DNA from: Candidatus Helarchaeota archaeon
GTDB lineage: Archaea; Asgardarchaeota; Lokiarchaeia; Helarchaeales; RDOG01
Reading direction: 5' to 3'
Assembly (NCBI GenBank): GCA_019058315.1
Contig: JAHPZH010000002.1
Coordinates: forward strand, 544,001 to 608,000
DNA length: 64,000 nucleotides
The notes under the pieces are model-generated. The model was not told the origin of the DNA, ran no database searches, and was given only the letters and a program-made list of their open reading frames with translations. Both the position numbers and the translations under genes were made by a program. This document shows positions 48,553-58,200 of the stretch, in pieces. The first letter of the stretch is position 1; every line of letters starts with the position of its first letter.

Positions 48553-49278
48553 TTAGCGATTAAAAACCAAATTACAATTTGGACATATTATATCCTTAAC
48601 TTCGAGTGTTTCAAAGCCATGACCACATTTAGGGCATATTAAATAATTTTCTAAATTGAATGGTTCTGCCTTTAATAAAACGTCTTCTTCAATCTTATCC
48701 TTCCATTTTTGAAGAAATTCTTTTTCATGCTTTACTTTTCGTATTTCATCAGGGAGCATTTGAGGAATTGTTTCAATAATCGGATACCATCTATTACATT
48801 TTCTACAAGTCATAATTCCTTCTTCAATTTCTGCAAAAAATAAGAACCAATTTAATAAATAAATATTAAATTTAAGTTTCTCGAAAATATTAGGCTGTTT
48901 TTCTATTCCACTATTATTTTTATACTCAATAATTTTATTGAACAAATCATTTTTAATTAAATCTAAAATTTTACTCGATTTTGTATTTGACTTATCTTCA
49001 ATGGATAAAATATCGTCATAAATTTTATCAAGTTCCTTAATATAATCGGATAGAGGTTTTTCTGACCGTGAAATGTAGTCTTTCACTTTAATTTCGTTCT
49101 CAATTTTTAAAACTTTAATTTGTATATCTTTTTTTAGGTCCTCAATTTTTTTTTCTTCAATTATACTTTCTAAATGTTTGAATTTATCGCTATCTGTCTC
49201 CCATTTAAAAATTTTTAATTGTAATGGAAAAAATTTACAAATAGGACAAGCTAATAGACTGAGTAGACCCGATTTCAA
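48553..49278 (-). CDS. trm112: Trm112-family protein with long helical insertion and C-terminal Zn ribbon
   Basis: LLSLLACPICK..PL at N-term and EIEEGIMTCRKCNRWYPIIETIPQML; extra CPKC..CPNC at C-term. Confidence 0.75.
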   Translation of the reverse strand: MKSGLLSLLACPICKFFPLQLKIFKWETDSDKFKHLESIIEEKKIEDLKKDIQIKVLKIENEIKVKDYISRSEKPLSDYIKELDKIYDDILSIEDKSNTKSSKILDLIKNDLFNKIIEYKNNSGIEKQPNIFEKLKFNIYLLNWFLFFAEIEEGIMTCRKCNRWYPIIETIPQMLPDEIRKVKHEKEFLQKWKDKIEEDVLLKAEPFNLENYLICPKCGHGFETLEVKDIICPNCNLVFNR

Positions 49279-49335
49279 TAGTAATTCCTCAAAAAATTAT
49301 GTCAAATATAATTTTATTTCTTAAATATAATAAAT

Positions 49336-50481
49336 TTATTTTTTATTTTTGAAAAATATTTCATCTGCTGCTTTGACTCCTTTTCCAAGATTTTTCAAAA
49401 ATCCTAATTGGCTTAAAGCTAACTCAATTAGAGATAAAGTTACTAATATTTCCCTTTCCGTAACAACATTCATATGGGCGATCCTAAATATCTTACCCTT
49501 TATTTTACCTTGACCACCAGCGATTAATACTCCCTTATCTTGAATGGCTTTTCGAAATTCTTCATCTTTTATGCTATTAGGATAGCTGACAGCTGTTACT
49601 GTATTTGAAGCAAATTTTTCATCTGCAAATAAATCTAACCCTATAGCTTTAATTCCTTCTCTTGTTGCTTTACCCATGATTCTGTGCCGTTTAACTCGAT
49701 TTTCAAATCCTTCCTCTTCAATCATCAAGAGAGATTCGTGTAATGCATAAATATGCGGGATAGAAGGAGTAAATGGCATATGATCTTCCCTATATTTTAA
49801 GAGATTTAAATAATATGACGGAATAAATTTCCTAGATTCAATAATTTCCCATGCTCTTGGTCCAACCATAATCATACCCAAACCTGGAGGGATACCCACA
49901 CATTTTTGACTTCCTCCAGCTAAAATATCAAAATTCCATTTGTCTGGATAAACATAATCTCCACCAACAGAAGTTACTCCATCAACAATTAGTATTTTAT
50001 CATATTCTCTTGCCACTTTTCCGATTTCTTCTGCTGGATTTAAAATTCCAGTAGAGGTTTCATTATGGCATATGGTTATAAATTTTATATCCTTATTTTT
50101 TTCTAGACTCCTCGCAATATCTTCTCCTCTTACAGCTTTTCCCCATTCAATATTTAGAACTATTGATTCTCCTCCATAAGCTTTTGTTAATTCCAACCAT
50201 CGTTCTGAAAATTTACCTTGAACTACATTTAATACTTTATCTCCTGGTGAAACAACGTTAGCAATAGCTGAATCCATAGCTGAAGTTGAAGAGCCAGTAA
50301 GTAGAAATACCTCGTTTTTAGTTTGGATTAGTTTTTTAAACATATTTATTGTTTCTTCAAAAAACTCCTCGAATTCCGGAGTTCTATGTCCAATTAGAGG
50401 TCTAGAAAAAGCCTCATATATTCTCGGATGCATAAATACTGGACCAGGTATCATTAATAAAGGTGGATTGTCATGTTTCAT
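49336..50481 (-). CDS. Class V PLP aminotransferase (serine-pyruvate/alanine-glyoxylate family)
   Basis: LMIPGP, HNETSTG, VDGVTS, GSQKC..PPG, FRIAHM. Confidence 0.92.
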   Translation of the reverse strand: MKHDNPPLLMIPGPVFMHPRIYEAFSRPLIGHRTPEFEEFFEETINMFKKLIQTKNEVFLLTGSSTSAMDSAIANVVSPGDKVLNVVQGKFSERWLELTKAYGGESIVLNIEWGKAVRGEDIARSLEKNKDIKFITICHNETSTGILNPAEEIGKVAREYDKILIVDGVTSVGGDYVYPDKWNFDILAGGSQKCVGIPPGLGMIMVGPRAWEIIESRKFIPSYYLNLLKYREDHMPFTPSIPHIYALHESLLMIEEEGFENRVKRHRIMGKATREGIKAIGLDLFADEKFASNTVTAVSYPNSIKDEEFRKAIQDKGVLIAGGQGKIKGKIFRIAHMNVVTEREILVTLSLIELALSQLGFLKNLGKGVKAADEIFFKNKK

Positions 50482-50629
50482 CTGATATTCTCCATTATTT
50501 AGGTATTTTAAATGGATTATATAATAAAAAGAATTTTATAAATCTTCTTTCATTCCATTCAAATTAGTTAAAATATATTTTATGGTTTGATTTTGAATAT
50601 TGTAATTAAATCCAAATCTAATTTAAAAG

Positions 50630-51448
50630 TTGAGAACTTGGATGAAACGGCGAATTATAACACTATTAACAGATTTTGGTCTTCAAGATCCTTATGTATC
50701 TGTTATGAAAGGTGTAATACTAACAATCTGTCCTACTGCCGAAATTGTTGATATTTCCCACCAAATAGGGAAATTTAATATTCGTGAAGCGGCTTTTAAA
50801 TTGGCTTTTACTGCAAAATATTTTGAGCCAAATACAATTCACTTAGTTGTAGTTGATCCAGGTGTGGGGAGTTCTCGAAAATCTCTGATAATATCAACAG
50901 AAAATTATTTTTTTATCGGTCCCGATAATGGAGTTCTTTCATTAGCAGCGGAAAAAGACGGGATTAAACGAATTATAGAAATAACCAATGAAGATTTATT
51001 TCTTAAACCTGTTTCTAATACGTTCCATGGGCGAGATATTTTTGCACCAGTTGCTGCACATGTAGCAAATCATATTCCATTAAATAAAATCGGTTCTGAT
51101 AGGAATGAGATGATTAAATTGTCTCTCACAAAAGCTGCTATGATTAGTAATGAAATTTTTGGTGAAGTGTTATATACTGATGGATTTGGAAACATAGTCA
51201 CGAATATTAATTCTGATTTGCTTAAGAAATTAAATATTTCTCATAAAACCAAAATGGAAATAGAAATAAAAGCAAAGTTAGAGAATATTATACTATGCAA
51301 CTCCTATAATGAAGTAAAAAAAGGAGAATTACTTGGAATAATTGGATCTAGTGGTAATCTAGAAATATCAGCTAACCAAAAAAGCGCAGCAAATTTATTA
51401 AATGCCGAAATTAATGATAAAATTAGAGTTAGAGTATTTAAAGTTTGA
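50630..51448 (+). CDS. SAM hydroxide adenosyltransferase (DUF62)
   Basis: ITLLTDFG, VVDPGVG, GPDNG, TFHGRDIFAP, DGFGN. Confidence 0.92.
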   Translation: MRTWMKRRIITLLTDFGLQDPYVSVMKGVILTICPTAEIVDISHQIGKFNIREAAFKLAFTAKYFEPNTIHLVVVDPGVGSSRKSLIISTENYFFIGPDNGVLSLAAEKDGIKRIIEITNEDLFLKPVSNTFHGRDIFAPVAAHVANHIPLNKIGSDRNEMIKLSLTKAAMISNEIFGEVLYTDGFGNIVTNINSDLLKKLNISHKTKMEIEIKAKLENIILCNSYNEVKKGELLGIIGSSGNLEISANQKSAANLLNAEINDKIRVRVFKV

Positions 51449-51965
51449 GCTTTGTCTCGCCTATCGCTTTAATTCTTTCTACTCCCCCAATATCCTTAAT
51501 AAATTCGGCAACAGATGAAGGTACTGATTCCTCCCAAGGTTTTCCTTCTATTATTGCTGTCCGTATTAATGTAGCAGTGTATTTTTTTCTCTCAAAAAGT
51601 TTTACTTCTCCTATTTTAAAACCACTTTCAGTAAGTAATCTCCTTACTAGAGGATTATTTGAAAAAACAATTTGAAAAGAAGGAGTTAAAGATACTAAAT
51701 GAGCAACCCATATTCGATTATCATTAGTATCTGGAACTGGAATGAGATAATATCTATTTGGATCAATATTATTTTCATCTAGGGCTTTTTTAACAAAAGT
51801 AATCCGCTCTCCTGCCGTAAATGGATTACTAAAAGAATGACTACACTGCGCACTGCCTATAACAATTATAAGTTCATCGACTTGTTTTAGAATTTCTTTT
51901 ATTGCTTTAATGTGACCTTTATGAATAGGCTGAAATCTTCCAATAAATACTCCTCGTTTTACCAT
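51438..51965 (-). CDS. nadM: Nicotinamide-nucleotide adenylyltransferase (archaeal)
   Basis: GRFQPIHKGH, GSAQ, NPFTAGER. Confidence 0.93.
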   Translation of the reverse strand: MVKRGVFIGRFQPIHKGHIKAIKEILKQVDELIIVIGSAQCSHSFSNPFTAGERITFVKKALDENNIDPNRYYLIPVPDTNDNRIWVAHLVSLTPSFQIVFSNNPLVRRLLTESGFKIGEVKLFERKKYTATLIRTAIIEGKPWEESVPSSVAEFIKDIGGVERIKAIGETKLKL

Positions 51966-51993
51966 TTTGACAATTATCCTGTTAATTAAGGGG

Positions 51994-52335
51994 TTATTTC
52001 AATAATATAACTTTAGAAACTAAATATTTGTTTAAATTAATTTTACCATTATTAATTTCAACATTTTCGTTTCTTAATAATTTTTCCTTATTTTCTGGTC
52101 CCGAGGCAAAACCACCAATTTTTCCATCACTTCTAACAACTCTGTGACATGGTACTTTTATAGGATATGGATTTTTATTCAAAGCATTACCCACAGCTCT
52201 GTATGACTGATTTCCAATTACTTCTGCAATCAAACCATACGTTGCAACTTTCCCTTTTGGGATTTTTTGTGTAATTTTATATACTTTCTTTTGAAATTCT
52301 GTTAGTTTGCTAAAATCAAGCCCCATTTTATTCAC
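51994..52335 (-). CDS. ogt: O6-methylguanine-DNA methyltransferase
   Basis: RAVGNAL, PCHRVV active site. Confidence 0.92.
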   Translation of the reverse strand: MNKMGLDFSKLTEFQKKVYKITQKIPKGKVATYGLIAEVIGNQSYRAVGNALNKNPYPIKVPCHRVVRSDGKIGGFASGPENKEKLLRNENVEINNGKINLNKYLVSKVILLK

Positions 52336-52341
52336 TTAATA

Positions 52342-53421
52342 TTAAATTTGGGTACAACAAGAGATTTTTATTAAATTATTCAATTTTTCAGATTGAAATT
52401 TTTTATTAATAAACTGTTCTAAAAGCCAAATATTAGTTTTTGCATGATTAGTAAATTTAGATGTTAGAAATTCTGATTTTCCATCATCTGCCATAGCCAT
52501 ATATGGCAATAACTGATCCGAAAGAAAAGTATCACAAGTAGCCTTGCTTTGATATGTATTTATTAAAAAATCTGCACATTTTTGGCCAATAACTTCAGCA
52601 CGAACTCCTCGTTCTCCTACATTATCTGAACCTAAAATAACTCCTGAATTGGTCTTTAACCAAATGGATATTCCAGAACCTGGAGATAATGTATCAACAT
52701 ATTTCGTTTTAATAAAACAAGATTGGTTTAATTTATTCCTTATTTTTCTTTTTACAGCCTTAGCTTGTCTTTCGGCTACATTTTGTTTTTTTAAAAGATA
52801 TGACGCAATAGAAATACCATTAATCTCTTCGATGTCACCTAGTTCAATCAAATGAATTGGTTTTAGTTTTTTTACCGTTTTAATTCTTATTCTGGCTTTA
52901 GCTCCTCCTTTTGGATAAAAACCATCTTTAATTATGTCGATTTCAGCTTTGTAACCCATTTTTTCTAATATTTTTAAGGTGACATTTTGGATGTATAAAA
53001 TTGTAGGAGCCCATTTGCCAAAAGTTGCACCACCATCAATATTTAATTGGATTTCAGATTTACTTTTTATACATGCAATTTGAATTGCTTGTAAAAGAAG
53101 CCCAATGCTACCTGCTGTTGCAATTTTGACATTTAAAGGTCCATTTTTTATTTCATTGGGTTCAAAAAAGATTTCGGTAGTACCTACTTTTGCATCTGAT
53201 AATTTTCCTTGACTTAATTCAGCTAGACTTTTTAATCCTACTAAATGTTGTGTACGTAATCCCGGTTTGGGTCGATTTTTTCTAATGTTATAAATCCTTA
53301 TAGGCGATTTAGTCAAAACAGAAAATGCTGCAGATAAACGTAATATCGAACCTCCTCCCTCTCCATAGCTACCATCAATCAAATAAAATTTTTTAGAATC
53401 AGAAAAGGAAGAACTCAACAT
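52342..53421 (-). CDS. rtcA: RNA 3'-terminal phosphate cyclase
   Basis: DGSYGEGGG, IRKNRPKPGLRTQH, GFYPKGG, DQLLPYMA, HAKTN. Confidence 0.92.
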   Translation of the reverse strand: MLSSSFSDSKKFYLIDGSYGEGGGSILRLSAAFSVLTKSPIRIYNIRKNRPKPGLRTQHLVGLKSLAELSQGKLSDAKVGTTEIFFEPNEIKNGPLNVKIATAGSIGLLLQAIQIACIKSKSEIQLNIDGGATFGKWAPTILYIQNVTLKILEKMGYKAEIDIIKDGFYPKGGAKARIRIKTVKKLKPIHLIELGDIEEINGISIASYLLKKQNVAERQAKAVKRKIRNKLNQSCFIKTKYVDTLSPGSGISIWLKTNSGVILGSDNVGERGVRAEVIGQKCADFLINTYQSKATCDTFLSDQLLPYMAMADDGKSEFLTSKFTNHAKTNIWLLEQFINKKFQSEKLNNLIKISCCTQI

Positions 53422-53552
53422 TTATCACATTTTTATAAATTTAAAACCTTATTTAATTAAATTATGTTTTATAAAATTTCATTATAAGCATATTTAATAA
53501 AAAATCCTTTCAAATTTTTAAAATTGGAAAAAAAAAGAGAATTCAATAATTT

Positions 53553-54434
53553 TTAGTGTCTTGACTTCACAACAGCAGTTATGATAATAGCCCCAACAAC
53601 TAATAAAGAAATACCTATTATTATAAATACTCCAGAAGTCCCTAAACCTACGCCTCCACCAATATTAGGTCCCATTGTCAGTAATAATAATTCTATTGGA
53701 ATTCTTCCGTCTTCTCCTATAAGCTTCTGTTCCATCACAAGTATCCAACCACTTGTTATAACCAAATACTGTCGAGAAAGGATTAGTACTCCTTTGCTGT
53801 TATAACTGTAAGTAATCCTCGAACTCCCAGGAGTACTAGCATTTCCTACCGTTATATCCCATGTTCCAGAAATACTTGGGGGTGTTGGAGCCGTATAGCT
53901 AAAAGTAAAACCAAAGGATACTAAGACTGCCATTGCTGAATAAGTTAAATTAACAATAGTATGATTAGCTGTTGTATAATTTTGAGGGATAATATTTAAA
54001 CCCCAAGAATAATATTGCCCTGTATAATTATACATACCACCTACATTATAAGCTGTAATTGGGGTTGTTGAGTTATATGCAGCAATTAATGATTCACTAT
54101 AACTTGTCCAACTTTGTGATGTACTATTATAATAACGCCCTGTAGCCCATATCATATCTGCTATCCAACCAGACGTTAGATTACAAGTACCACTATCAAT
54201 AGAATTGTTCATTGTAGTAATAGTTGTTTCTATTTTATCACCAGAGGAAACCAAAGTTCTAATTGCCATAGTCCATGTATCATTTACAGCAATTGTAAAC
54301 CCATCAGAACCTTCTGTTAAGTTAGGTCCAATCGCTTGTATACGTTGAACTGGAAAACACAATAATAAAGAAGTGATTAACATAGTTAATAAGGGCAAAG
54401 ATATTACTATTCTTTTCATTTTAGTTTGTCCCAC
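53553..54434 (-). CDS. Secreted membrane-anchored glycoprotein of unknown function
   Basis: Signal peptide, NxS/T-rich beta domain, Gly-rich linker, C-term TM plus basic end. Confidence 0.7.
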   Translation of the reverse strand: MGQTKMKRIVISLPLLTMLITSLLLCFPVQRIQAIGPNLTEGSDGFTIAVNDTWTMAIRTLVSSGDKIETTITTMNNSIDSGTCNLTSGWIADMIWATGRYYNSTSQSWTSYSESLIAAYNSTTPITAYNVGGMYNYTGQYYSWGLNIIPQNYTTANHTIVNLTYSAMAVLVSFGFTFSYTAPTPPSISGTWDITVGNASTPGSSRITYSYNSKGVLILSRQYLVITSGWILVMEQKLIGEDGRIPIELLLLTMGPNIGGGVGLGTSGVFIIIGISLLVVGAIIITAVVKSRH

Positions 54435-54690
54435 CGTTTGCTTTAATTTTAAGTGATTTAAAAATGGATTATAAAATATCTCTTTTTAATTTATTAAAAT
54501 ATTTTCTAACAAAAATAAGAAGTTTTATTTAATTTTATTTTTTATATTTTTTTTTCAATAAAATAAATGAGATATAACCAAATTTAAATTAGAATCAAAA
54601 ATTAATTTATAAAAAATCTTTAAAGAAATTTAAGATGTTTACATTACTATTAGAATTTTCTATTCATTTGAAAAACTTGAATTTTTGACT

Positions 54691-55185
54691 TTAAAATGCA
54701 ATTAATCCTAAAACTATAAACAAAATTCCGAAGAAAATCAAAGCAACTCCCATAATAGATAACCGAATTTGTTTAGTCGTTTCGATTAACTCTGCTTCAA
54801 CTACATCACTTGCTAATCTTTTATAAAAATGTGGTACTAATATTTCTGCACTTATTATACAGACGATACTTATCCACCATGTAAAATTAGGAATTCCATC
54901 AATTGATGTAAAAGAAAACATTAAAGATATTAAATTAAGGTTACGAGAATAAAACATTAATAAACCAGATCCAAAAAATAGTCCTAAAAAAGTAGCTAAT
55001 GCTAATAATAATGTTTGAACTATCTTATTTTCAAAAACATCACGAATACCATATCGTGAGAACCCTCTCATTGCGATTTCTCGTGTTTCTCTTAATTGTA
55101 TTTTGGCTAATTCTTTTTGTTTCTCTTCTTCAATTTTTTTTTCTATTTTCATAAGATCTTCTTTAGATTTAGACAAAAAAATCAC
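54691..55185 (-). CDS. Hypothetical membrane protein (N-term charged helix, ~3 TM)
   Basis: Hydropathy pattern; CAGGTG overlapping GTG start. Confidence 0.65.
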   Translation of the reverse strand: MIFLSKSKEDLMKIEKKIEEEKQKELAKIQLRETREIAMRGFSRYGIRDVFENKIVQTLLLALATFLGLFFGSGLLMFYSRNLNLISLMFSFTSIDGIPNFTWWISIVCIISAEILVPHFYKRLASDVVEAELIETTKQIRLSIMGVALIFFGILFIVLGLIAF

Positions 55186-55269
55186 CTGAATTAATTGAAC
55201 TTATAGTTGATTCTCCTATAAATATATATTTCATAGATTAAAAAATAAAAAAATAAAGGAATGAGGTTG

Positions 55270-58200
55270 TTACTCTTTTTTAGTTTCTTCTTCCTTAGTT
55301 TCTCCTTTTAATCCTGCTATAAATTCTCTCTGATCAGATGGAGAGAGATCTTTTATTTCTTTCAAGAATAAGCGTTTTTCTTCAGAGGTAAGATCTGTTA
55401 TTTTTTCTAAGTCTGCTTTAATTTGTTCTTCAGTAAGTGGGGATAATTCTTTTTCTAGTTCTTCCTTCTTTATGACTTTTGTGATTGGTGGGGGTAATTT
55501 CTTGGGAGAAATAGGTTCTAATTTCACACCAAATATTGATAATTTTACTTCTGCTTCCTCGGTTATCTGTTGCTCCCGTGATTTCATAATTCCAGCGTGT
55601 GTTTTTCGCCTTCTTTTAATTTTCTTATCGGTATCTTCTATCATTCGTAGTGGATATGGAACTCTTAAAATCCTGATTGTATAATAAGTGGAATATGCTC
55701 CAACAACCGCAACTGTACCTATTACACCTAATATCATTGCACCCGTTAAAGGTCCAAAAGGGCCAGCGGAATTAATATTAATGATTAGTGACCTTTGATT
55801 TGTCGTAAGCATTGCCGCAGTATCATAATCATTATAATTACCATAGTCATCATTGGGATCAAAGGAGTTCGAAAAACCTTTCAATCTGGCCTCAAATATA
55901 TACATACCTGGCTCTTTTGGGTCAAAAAATGAGTCCCATGTGTCTAATGATGTAATATACAATCCATTTCCCATGTCTACCATAAAACCTAAAACCGGAA
56001 TCAAGGGATTAATTCCAGGACCCTTTATCTCATATTCAATATTTGCTCCTCTCAAATTTTTAGGAGAATTTCCAGTGGCTGTAGGATCAGTAACTTTTAA
56101 AACGATAAATAACAGTTCTCCTTGCGTTGCAACAGGATACATTGCTTCTTCCATAACAACAGGTATTGGTAAAACTTTTATATTAAAAAATCTCTCTGCA
56201 GGACTAATTTTATATTGTTGGTAATTAGTTTCTGAAGTAACTACTTTTTTAGCCGAGAGTGTTACTCGATATTCCGTGTTTATTTTTAGACCTGTAGTAT
56301 CTATAGTAAAATTATAAATACCATCATTATTATCTGCTAAATTATCCTCCCAATATATACCAGGTAAAGCGGGTATTGCACCTTCTGTTATGTTGATCCA
56401 CGCATATGCATCATTAATTGGCCCTCCATTTCGTGTACAAGTATCATTGTAAAAAAAACTCATTGTAAATATTCGATTTTTAGGAATCAAGTAAGGGCTG
56501 GCTTTATATCCAGATGCATCTAATGTTAAATTCTCATAAATAGCCAAAATATCTCCCAAGTCTTCGGTCTTTTCCATTACACCACCAATATCTACTCCGT
56601 CTAATGAAGTTGGTCGGGAATTCAAGAAGAATGTAATTTCCTTCTGTGGTATAATTGGAGGTGTCCCATCATCATCAATAGTATAATTCTGTAAATCTCC
56701 TATGATTTTAAATTTAAATTCTTTTCCAGGAGCTTCTTCTTGGGCTTCTAAAGAATATGTGGAATATGCTGCAACATATTTTCCATTGATCTCAGGTATA
56801 TTTATACTTGCATTGATTGGAGTTAATGGACTAGCCATATCTATTAAATCGAACTCAAGATCAAACCCTTCTACTTCCCACGATCCATCAGGGTGGTCAG
56901 CAGTGACTGTCCCATTATTTAAAGCATCCCATGCTGTTAAATTTAACGTTAGAATATCATTCCAATAATATTTAAGATCAGTCGTATCATGGATTAAATG
57001 GTTATTCCTTTGAATGAGAACTACAGGATTATCATTAACATCTATATCTAGTGTTTTAACTACTTTACCAAATTTATATGGAGGGTTTGCTCCGCCTATC
57101 ATAGTTTCATTGTACCAGACTTTATCTAATTTCTGACATGTTATATACAATGTATATTGGCGAGCGAGTGCTTTGTGGACTGTAAAATTTTGATAGTACC
57201 ATCCCCATGTAAGATTATTGTTTATATCCCAAGGAATTAAATTACCTGTGTAATATCCATCAGTCGTGTTAATCTCTGGCACCAAACTATAGTGACCACC
57301 AGTATCACCTGTCCATCTGTATGGAATAGCTTCTATCCAGTCTTTGTTCCAAGCAGTTCCCTCTGCTTCTGATCTAATAGATACATCTCCAGCATTTACT
57401 CGTTTAAGATTTTCTCTTAAATATGAGACATTACCTTCTCGCAAAGCAATACTATCGTTATAATACGTAGAATTAACAAATCCAACGTGTGAATTTAATC
57501 CAGAAAATGGTCTACTAATATCATCTTCTAAACCATAGTATCGGACATATATTGTTATGTTATCATTATCCCAATCATACCAATATACATCGATATCGGT
57601 TTGTTGTATTGGATCTTCAGCCCATGTAACGTCAGAACTTACAACAAATTTATATTCTGCTTCTTCTACCGAAAATTTAACCCATTTGAGCTTCTCATAT
57701 GGAGTACCAACCATTCTTTCGTCACTGGTTGTACTTTCATTCATGAGATATACTTGTTCGAATTCCCAATCTAATGAATCATTCCTAGCAATAGTAACAG
57801 AGAAGTTTAAATAGTAATACTGCTCCCACCAATTAGAAGATCCTTCATCAGTAGCTTCACAAGCGGAATCTATATCAATAACAGCATCAAAAGTACCTGG
57901 TACTTTTTGAGATAACAGACCACTAGTTTCATTTTGTGCCCAAAGAGTTCTAATTAAATTTTTTATAGTGGCATTTCCAAGTACAAGAGACCAATTAACT
58001 GTAACTAACCCATAATATTCGCTGCCAAAGCTATTATTATCTATGAGTTTATTATGAGATTCATCGTATATATACACTAATAGATTAAGAGGATCTCCTT
58101 GATCATATTCATCAATAACAGGTAAAGGATTAGGAAATGTCGGTTCTATTCTAATATCCACCATAACGAAAAAACTACCATTTATTTTTCTAGAGTCAAG

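Noticed and set aside
15535-51448. Short 3' overlaps of convergent genes (15535-15545, 45856-45859, 51438-51448)
   Set aside because: Common in compact archaeal genomes; no evidence of function.
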